IMG/VR virus record: IMGVR_UViG_3300049793_000366
Span: 372,001 to 436,000 of that record
Reading direction: 5' to 3' (one strand)
Length of the DNA: 64,000 nucleotides
Position numbers and translations under genes: made by a program. Numbering within the stretch: position 1 is the first letter of the stretch; each line of letters starts with the position of its first letter. The notes under the pieces are model-generated. The model ran no database searches and was not told the origin of the DNA. It was given only the letters and a program-made list of their open reading frames with translations. Below, in pieces: positions 10,907-20,068 of the stretch.

Positions 10907-11367
10907 TGGACTTAAAAGAAGCTAAAAAGAATGTTGCATTTTTGAGAAGGCAACTTATATCATCAATAAAAAATGATGCGTGGTCTATGTCATTCGAAAG
11001 ATATAGTAATTCATCTGACGAGAGTAAAGGTAAGCGTTTTTGGGAGAACGAGAAATTCAAAATTTGCTTTGATACATCGTATAAAGAAAGCGGTGAATAT
11101 GAAATAAAAGCACATATTAAATCTCAGAACAATAACAGACCGAGTCTAAGCACTGTTGACTGGGAGGTATTAGATATATCCAGATTCAGAATGTGGTTCC
11201 TTAGAAGATTCTACCTAATGGTTAAGGGTACAACCTTTGAAGAAGAAAAAAGAAGAAAGAATTTTGAATCACGTATAATATCGGTTGCACATGAAGCACA
11301 AGCATTTATGAATACACATAAAGGTGTTGTTCGTGATGAAAAAATAAACGACCTTTTACAAAAGTGA
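10906..11367 (+). CDS. Hypothetical protein
   Basis: Coupled ORF with C-terminal RDEKINDLL motif. Confidence 0.6.
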   Translation: MDLKEAKKNVAFLRRQLISSIKNDAWSMSFERYSNSSDESKGKRFWENEKFKICFDTSYKESGEYEIKAHIKSQNNNRPSLSTVDWEVLDISRFRMWFLRRFYLMVKGTTFEEEKRRKNFESRIISVAHEAQAFMNTHKGVVRDEKINDLLQK

Positions 11368-11555
11368 GAGTACTCTGTGTAAATCAAGTAGACATCTATA
11401 AGTTAAAACAGTTCAATTGGTATACATCTACCAAAACTGTGAATGATTTATATGATATACAAGGCATTGGTTTAGTACCGTGTAGCAAGTTCATCACAGA
11501 AGAAGAGTATACCGAAAGGAAAAGACAAGAAAAGATAGAATTGGTTCTTAGTTAA
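11364..11555 (+). CDS. Small hypothetical protein
   Basis: Overlapping start/stop; C-terminal RQEKIELVL motif. Confidence 0.5.
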   Translation: MRVLCVNQVDIYKLKQFNWYTSTKTVNDLYDIQGIGLVPCSKFITEEEYTERKRQEKIELVLS

Positions 11556-13407
11556 TTCTATAAATGAAATAATAAGTACCATCGTAGTTTATTTCATTCT
11601 CGGTACCATCATATCCTGACAACATATGCCCTCTACCATCAGTATCTATACAATCTTCGATATAGGCATCTTTGTCAATAAATTCCAATAGTTTCTTACC
11701 ACCATTTTCATCAGCAATTCTACCGTTCTTATCGAATGATATAAGTCCCATTTCTTCTAACTTATCTAAAGGATCATCTTTTATATCCTGATTAAGTTCT
11801 TCTACTTTAGAGTTGATATCATCATCGGAATATTCCCAATAGTAATCATTATCTTCATCTTCAATCTGAGATATGATTTCTTCTAATTCTTCTATCTTCG
11901 CAAGAGTTTCTTTGTATAGCTTAGTACCTTTCTTCAAAGTTTCTAACTTCTCATATAGAGTATCTTTATCTGCGGTAACAGTATCTAATTTTTCCTGGGC
12001 GCCTTCTTTCATTGACTTCTCAATTCCCCAATTATCTGGTTCTTCTGCAATATAATCATAGTCGTAACCATAATAATCAGCAACCTTATCACCATCTATA
12101 TGTTTACCAATTAACCATCTATCACCACCAATCCCAATATCATCTAATAGATTATCCAAATCTTCCTTAGCTGCTTCAGTTGCTTCATCATCATTACCAA
12201 TAGCCCATTCTTTACCATCATCACCAACACTGAATATTCTTAAACCATAGTGTGTGTGGTCTTGCTCTTCTAATACATAAACAGACTCACCCTCTTCTAA
12301 TTCACCCTGTTCGATTAAGAATTCCTTCATAGCATTTGGATATGGATCATCATCCCATTCACCATCTTCTTGACGTTCAGCCGCTCTGTGCGCCCTTATC
12401 TTTGCTTTCTCTGCTTTTAATTTAGCTTCGAATTCTGCCAATTTTCTTTCTCTTTCTGCTTTCTGAACTTCTTTCTCTTTTAATTCTTTCTTATTAAGAG
12501 GTCTGAATACCTTACTTGGTATTTTACAAGTTTTAATAAAATCTTCAAATATTTCTGGTCTGTTTTGTGAGTCTTGGCATTCTCTTACTGTACCATCCTT
12601 TTTGATAGTAACACCCACAATATGTAGAGATTCATGTTTTTCGTAATTTAAGTTCCAAGCGAAGTATTGAGCATTGTTTTCATTCTCAACATAGTTATTC
12701 CATTGTGACATACCAGTTTCGTTACTGATACACCATTTAAAACTACCTAATTTATAAGAGTCAACGTAGTCAGCGATTCTAGCAACAATAACTTTATTCT
12801 TCTCATTTTTATATACCACTTTACTATTATCAGTCTCTTCGATTTTGCTAATAAGCTTTTCAAAAGATTCTTTATCTTTCATCTTATTAACAAATAATTG
12901 CATATCCACCATTAAATCATCAAGGTCTTTAACTCTACTTAATGATGATGTAAATACTTTAACATCAGCTTCAGTGAATTCATTCATAATTCGCGATGCT
13001 AAGTCAATATATGGTTTTTGCTTATCTTTATCCAATTCAAATAATTCACGTCTGATATCACCCTTAATTTCATTTAAAAGCTTCTTGGCTTTTCTTTCAT
13101 ATTCAAGCTCTTCAACATCATCATTTAACTCATTAAAGTCACTATATTCGTGAACAGCTTTAGGTAGTTTATTTAATATATCCTTATTGACTTTTAATAG
13201 GCGTAGAAGTCTTCTAATATCATCAATTGATATATTATCTTCTACTAAGAATTTAGTGAACATACCCAATAGGTTTGGTGTACGACTCATTAAGTTCTTA
13301 AGTTCAATATATTCTGGGCTATTTGCATCATAGTTAGAGTCGATGATAATTTTCTTAGCTAACTGTGCGTTTTCGTTTATGTCTTTAAAACTGATTAAGT
13401 GCTTCAT
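11548..13407 (-). CDS. Hypothetical protein, possibly capsid-internal
   Basis: 619 aa; N-terminal MKHLISFKDINEN; AATATATA upstream; LGSFKWCI segment and acidic C-terminal half. Confidence 0.65.
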   Translation of the reverse strand: MKHLISFKDINENAQLAKKIIIDSNYDANSPEYIELKNLMSRTPNLLGMFTKFLVEDNISIDDIRRLLRLLKVNKDILNKLPKAVHEYSDFNELNDDVEELEYERKAKKLLNEIKGDIRRELFELDKDKQKPYIDLASRIMNEFTEADVKVFTSSLSRVKDLDDLMVDMQLFVNKMKDKESFEKLISKIEETDNSKVVYKNEKNKVIVARIADYVDSYKLGSFKWCISNETGMSQWNNYVENENNAQYFAWNLNYEKHESLHIVGVTIKKDGTVRECQDSQNRPEIFEDFIKTCKIPSKVFRPLNKKELKEKEVQKAERERKLAEFEAKLKAEKAKIRAHRAAERQEDGEWDDDPYPNAMKEFLIEQGELEEGESVYVLEEQDHTHYGLRIFSVGDDGKEWAIGNDDEATEAAKEDLDNLLDDIGIGGDRWLIGKHIDGDKVADYYGYDYDYIAEEPDNWGIEKSMKEGAQEKLDTVTADKDTLYEKLETLKKGTKLYKETLAKIEELEEIISQIEDEDNDYYWEYSDDDINSKVEELNQDIKDDPLDKLEEMGLISFDKNGRIADENGGKKLLEFIDKDAYIEDCIDTDGRGHMLSGYDGTENEINYDGTYYFIYRIN

Positions 13408-13448
13408 ATTCTATATATATTAATAAAACTTGGCTTAAAAACCAGAAA

Positions 13449-13480
13449 TTTGGATTATATGAATTTAATCCGTATATTTG
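13449..13480 (+). promoter_or_regulatory. Bacteroidota-type promoter for the RNase P RNA
   Basis: TTTG 13449-13452, TATATTTG 13473-13480. Confidence 0.75.
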
Positions 13481-13493
13481 TTATGTTAAATTA

Positions 13494-13692
13494 TGATAGA
13501 CCGAAGGACGCATAGCACTACGGTGAGGAAGTTCAACACACCGACCTTCATGTAGGAGACCTAATCAGTCGCTTTGACTACACGGTGAAACTCAAAACAG
13601 GTTAGCGCAAGACAGGTCGCAATGATACCGAGGTGGAGGACAATAGACAAATTATGTGATAAAACAAAAAGTTGACTACACTTGGTTTATCA
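13494..13692 (+). ncRNA. rnpB: Minimal RNase P RNA (about 200 nt)
   Basis: P1 TGATAGACCGAAG/CTTGGTTTATCA; CR-I-like GAGGAAGTTCAAC; CR-V-like ACAAAAAGTTGACTAC. These form P4 AGU[U]CAAC/GUUGACU with the bulged U. CACGGTGAAACTC and GCAAGAC also resemble conserved regions. Confidence 0.8.
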
Positions 13693-13722
13693 GATTTAAC
13701 TTAACATTTAAAACAAAAAAGA

Positions 13723-14136
13723 ATGACATTAAAAGAGAAAATTGCCCAGGACTACATCGTTGCTTTTAAAGCAAGAGAGCCAAAGAAGAATACTTTAGGC
13801 TTCATTAAATCGGCTATCGATACTGCTGAGAAAAATGGTGGTAAATCAACAGATGAAGAAGTACTTGAAATCTTAATTAAGATGGAGAAAAACTTGAAAG
13901 ATGTTTTAGTGAATGAAGCTAAAGCTGGTGTATCATCTGATGCTACAAATGCTGAGATTGAAGTAATTCAATCTTATTTGCCTAAGAAATTATCAGAAGA
14001 TGAAATCAAGGCAGAAATTCAAAATGCTATCAATGGTGGTGCTAATAACATTGGTGCTATTATGGCTTTGTTTAAAGACAAACCAGTAGATAGAAAAGTA
14101 GTTTCAACTATTGCTAATTCAATGCTTGCTAAATAA
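13723..14136 (+). CDS. GatB/YqeY domain protein
   Basis: LKEKIAQDYIVAFKARE...EIEVIQSYLPKKLSEDEI...IGAIM. Confidence 0.85.
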   Translation: MTLKEKIAQDYIVAFKAREPKKNTLGFIKSAIDTAEKNGGKSTDEEVLEILIKMEKNLKDVLVNEAKAGVSSDATNAEIEVIQSYLPKKLSEDEIKAEIQNAINGGANNIGAIMALFKDKPVDRKVVSTIANSMLAK

Positions 14137-14144
14137 ATTATATC

Positions 14145-14519
14145 ATGGAGCTAACAACAGATAATGTTTCAAAGATTCTAAAAGATTCTTTATTCAAAGA
14201 TGGTGTGGACACCACTAACGCAGTAATTGTTGAGGGTGTGAGAGGTAAATTTGGATTTGACCCTACCCAATTAGAGAAAAATAAGCAACACATTGTAGAT
14301 ATGCTTTCCCAGCTACCAAATGAGTTTAAATCAACTGGTGGTGGCGGTTGGAGCTTTCTACAAGCTTGTATGCGAAGTGATGATGTACAGTGGGGAGACC
14401 ACACCAGCATTGATGAATTGATATGTTTAGGACTTGCAGTTGGTGAGGTATCTTTCTTAATGCCTCGTGATATGTGGTCTATGTTTCCTGGTGGAATGCC
14501 CTATTTTGCGATTAAATAA
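14145..14519 (+). CDS. Conserved-looking hypothetical protein
   Basis: GGGWSFLQAC...QWG...WSMFPGGMPY. Confidence 0.6.
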   Translation: MELTTDNVSKILKDSLFKDGVDTTNAVIVEGVRGKFGFDPTQLEKNKQHIVDMLSQLPNEFKSTGGGGWSFLQACMRSDDVQWGDHTSIDELICLGLAVGEVSFLMPRDMWSMFPGGMPYFAIK

Positions 14520-14847
14520 TGCTTTGGACTGATTATTGTTTATCAATATAAAATTGGTCACAGACGATAATCCAGCCCAAAAAGAGAATAAAATCTCAAG
14601 AATTAAGCAATTTTGAATAAAATAAATGTTAAATTAATCAATATGGTAATTATGTAACATTCAGTGGACGCGAGAGATAGAAAGGCTTCCAAGTATTTTT
14701 AGTCCAGTTTTAAACAACTATATGTTGAAAACTTAAAAAAATCCTTGATTATTGTAAAATTAGCCGTATCTTTACATCCAAGAATTTACAAATCGTAAAA
14801 GGAGAAGGTTGATGCCTATAAGTTTAACCAGAATTAAAAAAAAGAAA

Positions 14848-15783
14848 ATGAGTAAAGTAAAAGAGTCGCCAGATAAAAATGGCAACGGAAAACACGGTAA
14901 CGACAACGCTAACGGGCATCATAAAGCCGAAGGCCACTCGACTGCTGAAGCATCATCTTCATCATCAAAAACCGAAAAAGAAAAGTCACCCGCAAAACAA
15001 CATAGGAAAACAGAGGTGACTTCGAAGCTTAAAGAGCGTAAGCCAAGCTCTGATAAGTTAGGCAGTTTTTCCGTTAAGGATTTAGAATCCATGACACCAC
15101 AGCAAAGATGGCATCTTAGAAAACGTCTTGAAGCTCTAACGGGTAGCAAGAAGTCAACAAGCAAAGCCAAGGCTACAACCGGAAACGGTAAAAGAGGTCG
15201 CCCTGCTATCGGTGATGGTATGACACCACAACAAAGATGGCACCTGAAAAAGAAACAGGAAAAGGTAGCACTTCAAAAGAAGACAGGTCAGCCTGCTCCT
15301 AAAAGAGGTCGTCCTGCCGCTCCAATCAAAAGTGCCGCTGACTTAACACGTCAGAAAAGATGGCATCTTAAGCAGAAGCTTGAGAAATTGGAGAAAATGA
15401 AGAAAAAAGGCGCAATCTCTAAAGAAGTCAGAGCCGACATTCGCAACATCCGCGCATTACTTGACGAAAGCTACAAATCAGCTAAGACAGTAAAGGCTAA
15501 CAAAGCTAACAAAAGGATCTCTAATAAAGACCTTGCTTCAATGACACCTCAGAAACGTTGGTATCACAAGCACAAAGCTGACTTAGCTAAGACCAGAAAA
15601 ACAGGTAAGAAAACTACCAAAGTTCACAAGGTAACTGCTAAAGTTGCTTCTGGTAAGCGAATCTCAAACAGTGACTTAAAAACTGTTACTACTAAAAAAG
15701 TTAAAACAACTAAGAAACCAACAGCAAGGCTTTCCAACAAACAGTTGAAAAACATGAGCAAATTGGACAAAGTTTTATCTTAA
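14848..15783 (+). CDS. Highly basic nucleoid-like protein with AT-hook-like motifs and MTPQQRWH repeats (start moved to ATG 14848)
   Basis: Lys-rich; two KRGRPA motifs; four (M/L)T(P/R)Q(Q/K)RW(H/Y) repeats. Confidence 0.65.
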   Translation: MSKVKESPDKNGNGKHGNDNANGHHKAEGHSTAEASSSSSKTEKEKSPAKQHRKTEVTSKLKERKPSSDKLGSFSVKDLESMTPQQRWHLRKRLEALTGSKKSTSKAKATTGNGKRGRPAIGDGMTPQQRWHLKKKQEKVALQKKTGQPAPKRGRPAAPIKSAADLTRQKRWHLKQKLEKLEKMKKKGAISKEVRADIRNIRALLDESYKSAKTVKANKANKRISNKDLASMTPQKRWYHKHKADLAKTRKTGKKTTKVHKVTAKVASGKRISNSDLKTVTTKKVKTTKKPTARLSNKQLKNMSKLDKVLS

Positions 15784-15802
15784 TGGTAGAAACATCCATC
15801 AT

Positions 15803-15838
15803 AAAAAGAGCTATCATAATCATGGTAGCTCTTTTTTA
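15803..15838 (+). terminator. Intrinsic terminator
   Basis: aaaaagagctatca...tggtagctctttttt. Confidence 0.75.
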
Positions 15839-15848
15839 TTAAAACAAA

Positions 15849-15880
15849 TTTGGATATTAACGTATAATGTATTACATTTG
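15849..15880 (+). promoter_or_regulatory. Bacteroidota-type promoter
   Basis: TTTG 15849-15852, TACATTTG 15873-15880. Confidence 0.75.
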
Positions 15881-15911
15881 TATCAAACAATTATAAACAA
15901 ACAAAACAATT

Positions 15912-16103
15912 ATGAAAAACGGAGTAGTAAAATTCTTCAATGAAACTAAAGGTTTCGGCTTTATTAAAGCAGAAGATGGTCAAGAAATTTTTGTTCACGT
16001 AAGTGGATGTAAAGAAGAAATACAAGAAAACGACAATGTAGTTTTCGATGTACAAGAAGGAAAAAAAGGATTAAATGCGGTTAACGTAAAGTTAGCTGAC
16101 TAA
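15912..16103 (+). CDS. cspA: Cold-shock protein
   Basis: GVVKFFNETKGFGFI, IFVHVS, GKKGLNAVNV. Confidence 0.95.
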   Translation: MKNGVVKFFNETKGFGFIKAEDGQEIFVHVSGCKEEIQENDNVVFDVQEGKKGLNAVNVKLAD

Positions 16104-16116
16104 TATATACCTACCT

Positions 16117-16179
16117 ATGACTATTAAAAGAATTAAATTAGCTGATGATTGCCTAACCTGTCTAACTGTGACGGATTAG
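16117..16179 (+). CDS. Asp leader peptide MTIKRIKLADDCLTCLTVTD
   Basis: Short ORF after AATATATA, tandem GAT GAT codons, directly before a terminator and aspS. Confidence 0.75.
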   Translation: MTIKRIKLADDCLTCLTVTD

Positions 16180-16236
16180 TAATCTATTGACTATATAATT
16201 CGAAACCCAGTTAGACACGTTCTAACTGGGTTTTTT
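16159..16236 (+). promoter_or_regulatory. Attenuator (antiterminator/terminator) of aspS
   Basis: Terminator aaacccagttaga/tctaactgggttt + T tract (16203-16236); leader tgtctaactg (16159-16168) is the exact complement of cagttagaca (16208-16217). Confidence 0.8.
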
Positions 16237-16278
16237 ATTTGCACTAAAAATTATAAACTAAAAACAAAAACAATTATT

Positions 16279-17556
16279 ATGAAAAGAACAAACATCAATG
16301 AACTGAATGCCCATGTAGGTGAGACAGTTCTAATTAAAGGTTGGGTATCACAATTTAGAAAATTAAGTAAGATATCCTTTATTATTCTACGCGAGAGAAC
16401 AGGATATTGTCAAGTGATAGTACCAAAAGAAGTATTTTTCGAAACAATACATTCTGAATCAGTAGTAGAAATAGTTGGTACGGTTAAAGCTGAACCACAA
16501 TCTAAGTATAACGGTCTTGAGATTGTAGTAGAGAAGATAACTATTGTATCAAGCGCAGAAGTATTACCATTCCCAATCAGTAGAGAAGAAGGTGTACCAT
16601 TCAATACACTAAACACTTATCGACCATTGACACTGAGAAAAGAACAAGAGCGATGTATATTTAAAATACAGTCTGAAATTATTTGGGCATATAGAGAATA
16701 TCTTCGTTCACAAGGCTTCACTGAAATACAATCTACAAAACTATCTGCCGCTGGTTTAGAAGGTGGTTCAGAAATGTTTGAGATAAACTATTTTGGAGAG
16801 AAGATGTATCTAACACAAAGCCCGCAGTTCTATAAACAGATGATGGTTGGTGTATATGAACGAGTGTTTGAAGTTGGTAAAGTTTACAGAGCAGAAGGTT
16901 CTAATACAAACAAGCACTTAACAGAATTTGTTGGGTTTGAATTTGAAATGGGATTCATTGAATCAGTTGAAGAAGTAATGCAAATGGAAGAGAATGTACT
17001 TGAACACATATTCAATCATTTGAATGTAGTTTGTAAGTCTGAGCTATCACATTTATCAATTGAGTTGAAGTTTAATCCAATACCAAGAGTTACTTATTCA
17101 GAAGCTATTGAAATAATTAAACGTGAACATGGTATCACTTATGAGAAAGTAGGACTGAGTACCGAAGCTGAGAGATTGATTGGTGAATATATTCTGAAGA
17201 CACAAGGTTCAGAGTTTGTATTCATCACTAAATATCCATTATCAGAAAGACCATTCTATGCGATGCCATCACCAGAAGAAGGTATGTCTGAAACATTTGA
17301 ATTGCTTTATAAGGGGATGGAAATTACTTCTGGTGGTCAGCGCATTCATAACTATGAACAATTAGTTAAATCAATAGAAGCTAAGGGATTAAACCCAGAA
17401 GCATTTGAGAGCTACCTAATGGCATTTAAGTATGGTATGCCTACTCACGGAGGTATGGGTATCGGTGTAGAGCGAGTGCTTAAGCAAATGCTAAATTTGA
17501 ATACCGCAGAGGAAGCATCATTGATACCAAGAACTAAAGAGAGATACAGTCATTAA
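16279..17556 (+). CDS. aspS: Aspartyl-tRNA synthetase, short archaeal-type
   Basis: OB-fold N-terminus, QSPQFYKQ, YRAE, EITSGGQRIH, GMPTHGGMGIGVER. QSPQ favours AspRS over AsnRS. Confidence 0.88.
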   Translation: MKRTNINELNAHVGETVLIKGWVSQFRKLSKISFIILRERTGYCQVIVPKEVFFETIHSESVVEIVGTVKAEPQSKYNGLEIVVEKITIVSSAEVLPFPISREEGVPFNTLNTYRPLTLRKEQERCIFKIQSEIIWAYREYLRSQGFTEIQSTKLSAAGLEGGSEMFEINYFGEKMYLTQSPQFYKQMMVGVYERVFEVGKVYRAEGSNTNKHLTEFVGFEFEMGFIESVEEVMQMEENVLEHIFNHLNVVCKSELSHLSIELKFNPIPRVTYSEAIEIIKREHGITYEKVGLSTEAERLIGEYILKTQGSEFVFITKYPLSERPFYAMPSPEEGMSETFELLYKGMEITSGGQRIHNYEQLVKSIEAKGLNPEAFESYLMAFKYGMPTHGGMGIGVERVLKQMLNLNTAEEASLIPRTKERYSH

Positions 17557-17591
17557 TTGCAAATTAGGATTTTATTCCGTATATTTGGACA

Positions 17592-17984
17592 ATGACTGTA
17601 TCTGATTGTAATTTAATTGTACATCCTATTGGTGAGAGTTTCAGAATGTTTAAAAGAAACTCTCACCTTAATATAGATGATGTCGTGTTTTACTTAGATG
17701 GTTCACCAATTGGTGAATATCGAATGGTTGGTCCTTATAGAGTCGTAAAACATCACTCTGACTTAACAGATGCGAAAACTGGATATAAAATAACAAAGTT
17801 TGAATGTTACGATATAGAAAGAGGTGGGTTTGATTATTTAAATGTAGATAAAACATTCACTATGGGTCCAGAGATACCCAAAACTCACATTTATAAAAAA
17901 TATACATTCGCTTACAAACCATCTATTGATTTAGTAAGATGGTATAAGCTACATGAACTAACTGAGAATGGATCTGATTTATAA
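17592..17984 (+). CDS. Hypothetical protein
   Basis: Follows a TATATTTG promoter; first of a coupled gene run. Confidence 0.55.
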   Translation: MTVSDCNLIVHPIGESFRMFKRNSHLNIDDVVFYLDGSPIGEYRMVGPYRVVKHHSDLTDAKTGYKITKFECYDIERGGFDYLNVDKTFTMGPEIPKTHIYKKYTFAYKPSIDLVRWYKLHELTENGSDL

Positions 17985-18357
17985 AATAGAAGATTGGTAT
18001 ATTTATGATAATATGTTTAACCTAAAGTGTAGGTTTGTAGCTTCTATTGTACCAAAAGATTTTAGAATAACAGATTTATATCACATTATAAAATATAACG
18101 AGTCTATTGTTATTGATGATGTTAATACGAATGATTTGATATATGAACTTTTAGAAGGTACACATCAACCAAATTATAATGCTTATTCTATGAAGTGGAA
18201 TGAGACTAAGTTTGGTATTGATTTGACTAAATACAATACATTCTACATACAACCAATAGGTGAAGATGGTAAACTACAAGCTTATACATCATTCAATATT
18301 TGTAAGGTGAGTAGAGCTAAGGCTATGCGTGAGTATCAATTAAATAAATTAGTATGA
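17968..18357 (+). CDS. Hypothetical protein
   Basis: Coupled ORF; C-terminal REYQLNKLV. Confidence 0.55.
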   Translation: MDLIYKIEDWYIYDNMFNLKCRFVASIVPKDFRITDLYHIIKYNESIVIDDVNTNDLIYELLEGTHQPNYNAYSMKWNETKFGIDLTKYNTFYIQPIGEDGKLQAYTSFNICKVSRAKAMREYQLNKLV

Positions 18358-18605
18358 TATCATTGAAGGAAAATATAGATAAGGCAAAGAATCTTATCAA
18401 CGCAATTGATAGTTTGACAAATCCTGATGTGTATTTAAACACACGTACACGATATGCAAATGAGAAACAGCTTAGAAAAACTATGAAGAATTTTAGACGT
18501 TTATCTGTTGTTATTGATAAGCAAGTCAAAGAGGGTTCTCGTAATAAGTTTAAGGAATCTACTAGTCAAACACGCAGTAGAAAATTAAATACAATCTTTA
18601 AATAA
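18354..18605 (+). CDS. Hypothetical protein
   Basis: ATGA overlap with the upstream gene. Confidence 0.5.
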   Translation: MISLKENIDKAKNLINAIDSLTNPDVYLNTRTRYANEKQLRKTMKNFRRLSVVIDKQVKEGSRNKFKESTSQTRSRKLNTIFK

Positions 18606-18904
18606 TGTACGTATATAGTAAACGAACCATAGAGTATGTATTTAACGAGCGCAATGCACCAAAAGATGTTTGGTGTAATCTTAAGGGTACACTGAGACCT
18701 TTTGTAAATTTTAGTGTTCTACATAATGTTAGGTTCTACGGATATTTTGACCTGACAGAATATCAAATTACAGTTGACTACACTGAATATAATGAACGCA
18801 AATCAATTAGTGACTCAAAAGATACCTATGGTATCATTAAGACTATCACACCATGTATAAAACACATGGAGAGAGAAACTAATATAAATAACATCTTGAA
18901 ATGA
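18605..18904 (+). CDS. Hypothetical protein
   Basis: Coupled ORF; C-terminal RETNINNIL. Confidence 0.55.
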   Translation: MYVYSKRTIEYVFNERNAPKDVWCNLKGTLRPFVNFSVLHNVRFYGYFDLTEYQITVDYTEYNERKSISDSKDTYGIIKTITPCIKHMERETNINNILK

Positions 18905-19185
18905 ATATAATAAATCACACAACCACTGTATCTACGGAAGATATGCTTGATATAATATCAGACATCGATAAGAGAATTGGTGTTGAATTTTATGTTAGAA
19001 AAATAACTTCAATTGAATATGTTGAAAAGGCTGATTCGGGTATAACTACCTGGAAAAAACCAGAACATTTATTAGTTTCATATACTTGGTATAGTGATAA
19101 GATTAAAGATGGTAATGGTCACTGTGAAGTATATGAACCATTTACGAGAATAAGAGAAATAAAATTAAAGGCTATTACTCAATGA
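18901..19185 (+). CDS. Hypothetical protein
   Basis: Coupled ORF; C-terminal REIKLKAI. Confidence 0.55.
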   Translation: MNIINHTTTVSTEDMLDIISDIDKRIGVEFYVRKITSIEYVEKADSGITTWKKPEHLLVSYTWYSDKIKDGNGHCEVYEPFTRIREIKLKAITQ

Positions 19186-19517
19186 ACGTTTTATTTGTCT
19201 GTTCTGCTAATAAGCAAAGGTCAAGAACTGCTGAAGACCACTTCACATCTAAGTATAGTGATATAAAATTTCTCAGTGCTGGTACTAATATAAAAATTTG
19301 TAATCAAGAAGGAACTACACCACTCACAGAAGATTTATTAGAATGGGCTGATGTAGTTTACGTGATGGAAAACAAACATCTGAATCAAATAAAACAACAC
19401 ACTGGTTCGAAGTATAATAAGAAGATTAAGGTATTAAATATACCGGATATTTATAAGTACGGTGAAACTAAACTCATTGATATACTGGAAGATAAGATAA
19501 ATTTTGAAAATAATTGA
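19182..19517 (+). CDS. Low-molecular-weight protein tyrosine phosphatase family protein
   Basis: VLFVCSANKQRSRTAE P-loop; LNIPDIY. Confidence 0.88.
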   Translation: MNVLFVCSANKQRSRTAEDHFTSKYSDIKFLSAGTNIKICNQEGTTPLTEDLLEWADVVYVMENKHLNQIKQHTGSKYNKKIKVLNIPDIYKYGETKLIDILEDKINFENN

Positions 19518-19524
19518 AAATAAA

Positions 19525-19607
19525 TTTGCAAATTGAAAACTTTCACCTTACATTTGTATAAAATTAATAAGAAAAATAAAAAGGGAGCGAAAGCTTTATA
19601 ATATATA
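19525..19607 (+). promoter_or_regulatory. Dual promoter cassette (host-type promoter plus AATATATA)
   Basis: TTTG 19525, TACATTTG 19549-19556, AATATATA 19600-19607; near-identical copy at 47332-47414. Confidence 0.75.
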
Positions 19608-19612
19608 ACAAC

Positions 19613-19690
19613 ATGAAAACATTAATAAACATACAAGTTCAACCCGATCCGCAAGTGTCGTCTGCTGGCTGTATGTTTCATATGAGTTGA
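19613..19690 (+). CDS. Gln/Val/Pro/Asp leader peptide MKTLINIQVQPDPQVSSAGCMFHMS
   Basis: Short ORF between promoter and terminator; core QVQPDPQV. Confidence 0.75.
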   Translation: MKTLINIQVQPDPQVSSAGCMFHMS

Positions 19691-19714
19691 AAATAACTAT
19701 TTCAAATAATATCG

Positions 19715-19749
19715 AAAACCCTCAGTTAGCAATGACTGAGGGTTTTTTT
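19715..19749 (+). terminator. Attenuator terminator before the Asp/Pro tRNA-proS operon
   Basis: aaaaccctcagt/actgagggtttt + T tract; leader tgctggctg can pair with cagttagca. Confidence 0.8.
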
Positions 19750-19759
19750 ATGCCTAAAC

Positions 19760-19832
19760 GGAGCCATGGTTGAATGGTTACAATGCCACCCTGTCACGGT
19801 GAGCGATGCCGGTTCGAATCCGGTTGGTTCCG
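19760..19832 (+). tRNA. tRNA-Asp(GUC)
   Basis: Cloverleaf GGAGCCA/TGGTTCC, loop CTGTCAC, G73. Confidence 0.92.
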
Positions 19833-19910
19833 CAAAGTATCATAATCCAATCAAGAGTGTGGAGGATGAAGAGACCAATGCTTCTGTGGTTCTTATGATA
19901 CTAAAAATAC

Positions 19911-19984
19911 GACTCTGTAGCTCAGTTGGTTAGAGTGCCTGTTTGTCAAGCAGGAGGTCGCCGGTTCGAACCCGGTCATTGTCG
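19911..19984 (+). tRNA. tRNA-Asp(GUC), atypical body with two acceptor mismatches
   Basis: GACTCTG/CATTGTC, anticodon arm CCTGT-TTGTCAA-GCAGG. Confidence 0.75.
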
Positions 19985-19989
19985 CAAAA

Positions 19990-20063
19990 GGATCGTTAGT
20001 AGAGTTGGTTACAATGTCGCCCTGTCACGGCGAAGGTCACGGGTTCGAGTCCCGTACGGTCCG
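19990..20063 (+). tRNA. tRNA-Asp(GUC)
   Basis: GGATCGT/ACGGTCC, TCGCC-CTGTCAC-GGCGA. Confidence 0.92.
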
Positions 20064-20068
20064 CAAAT

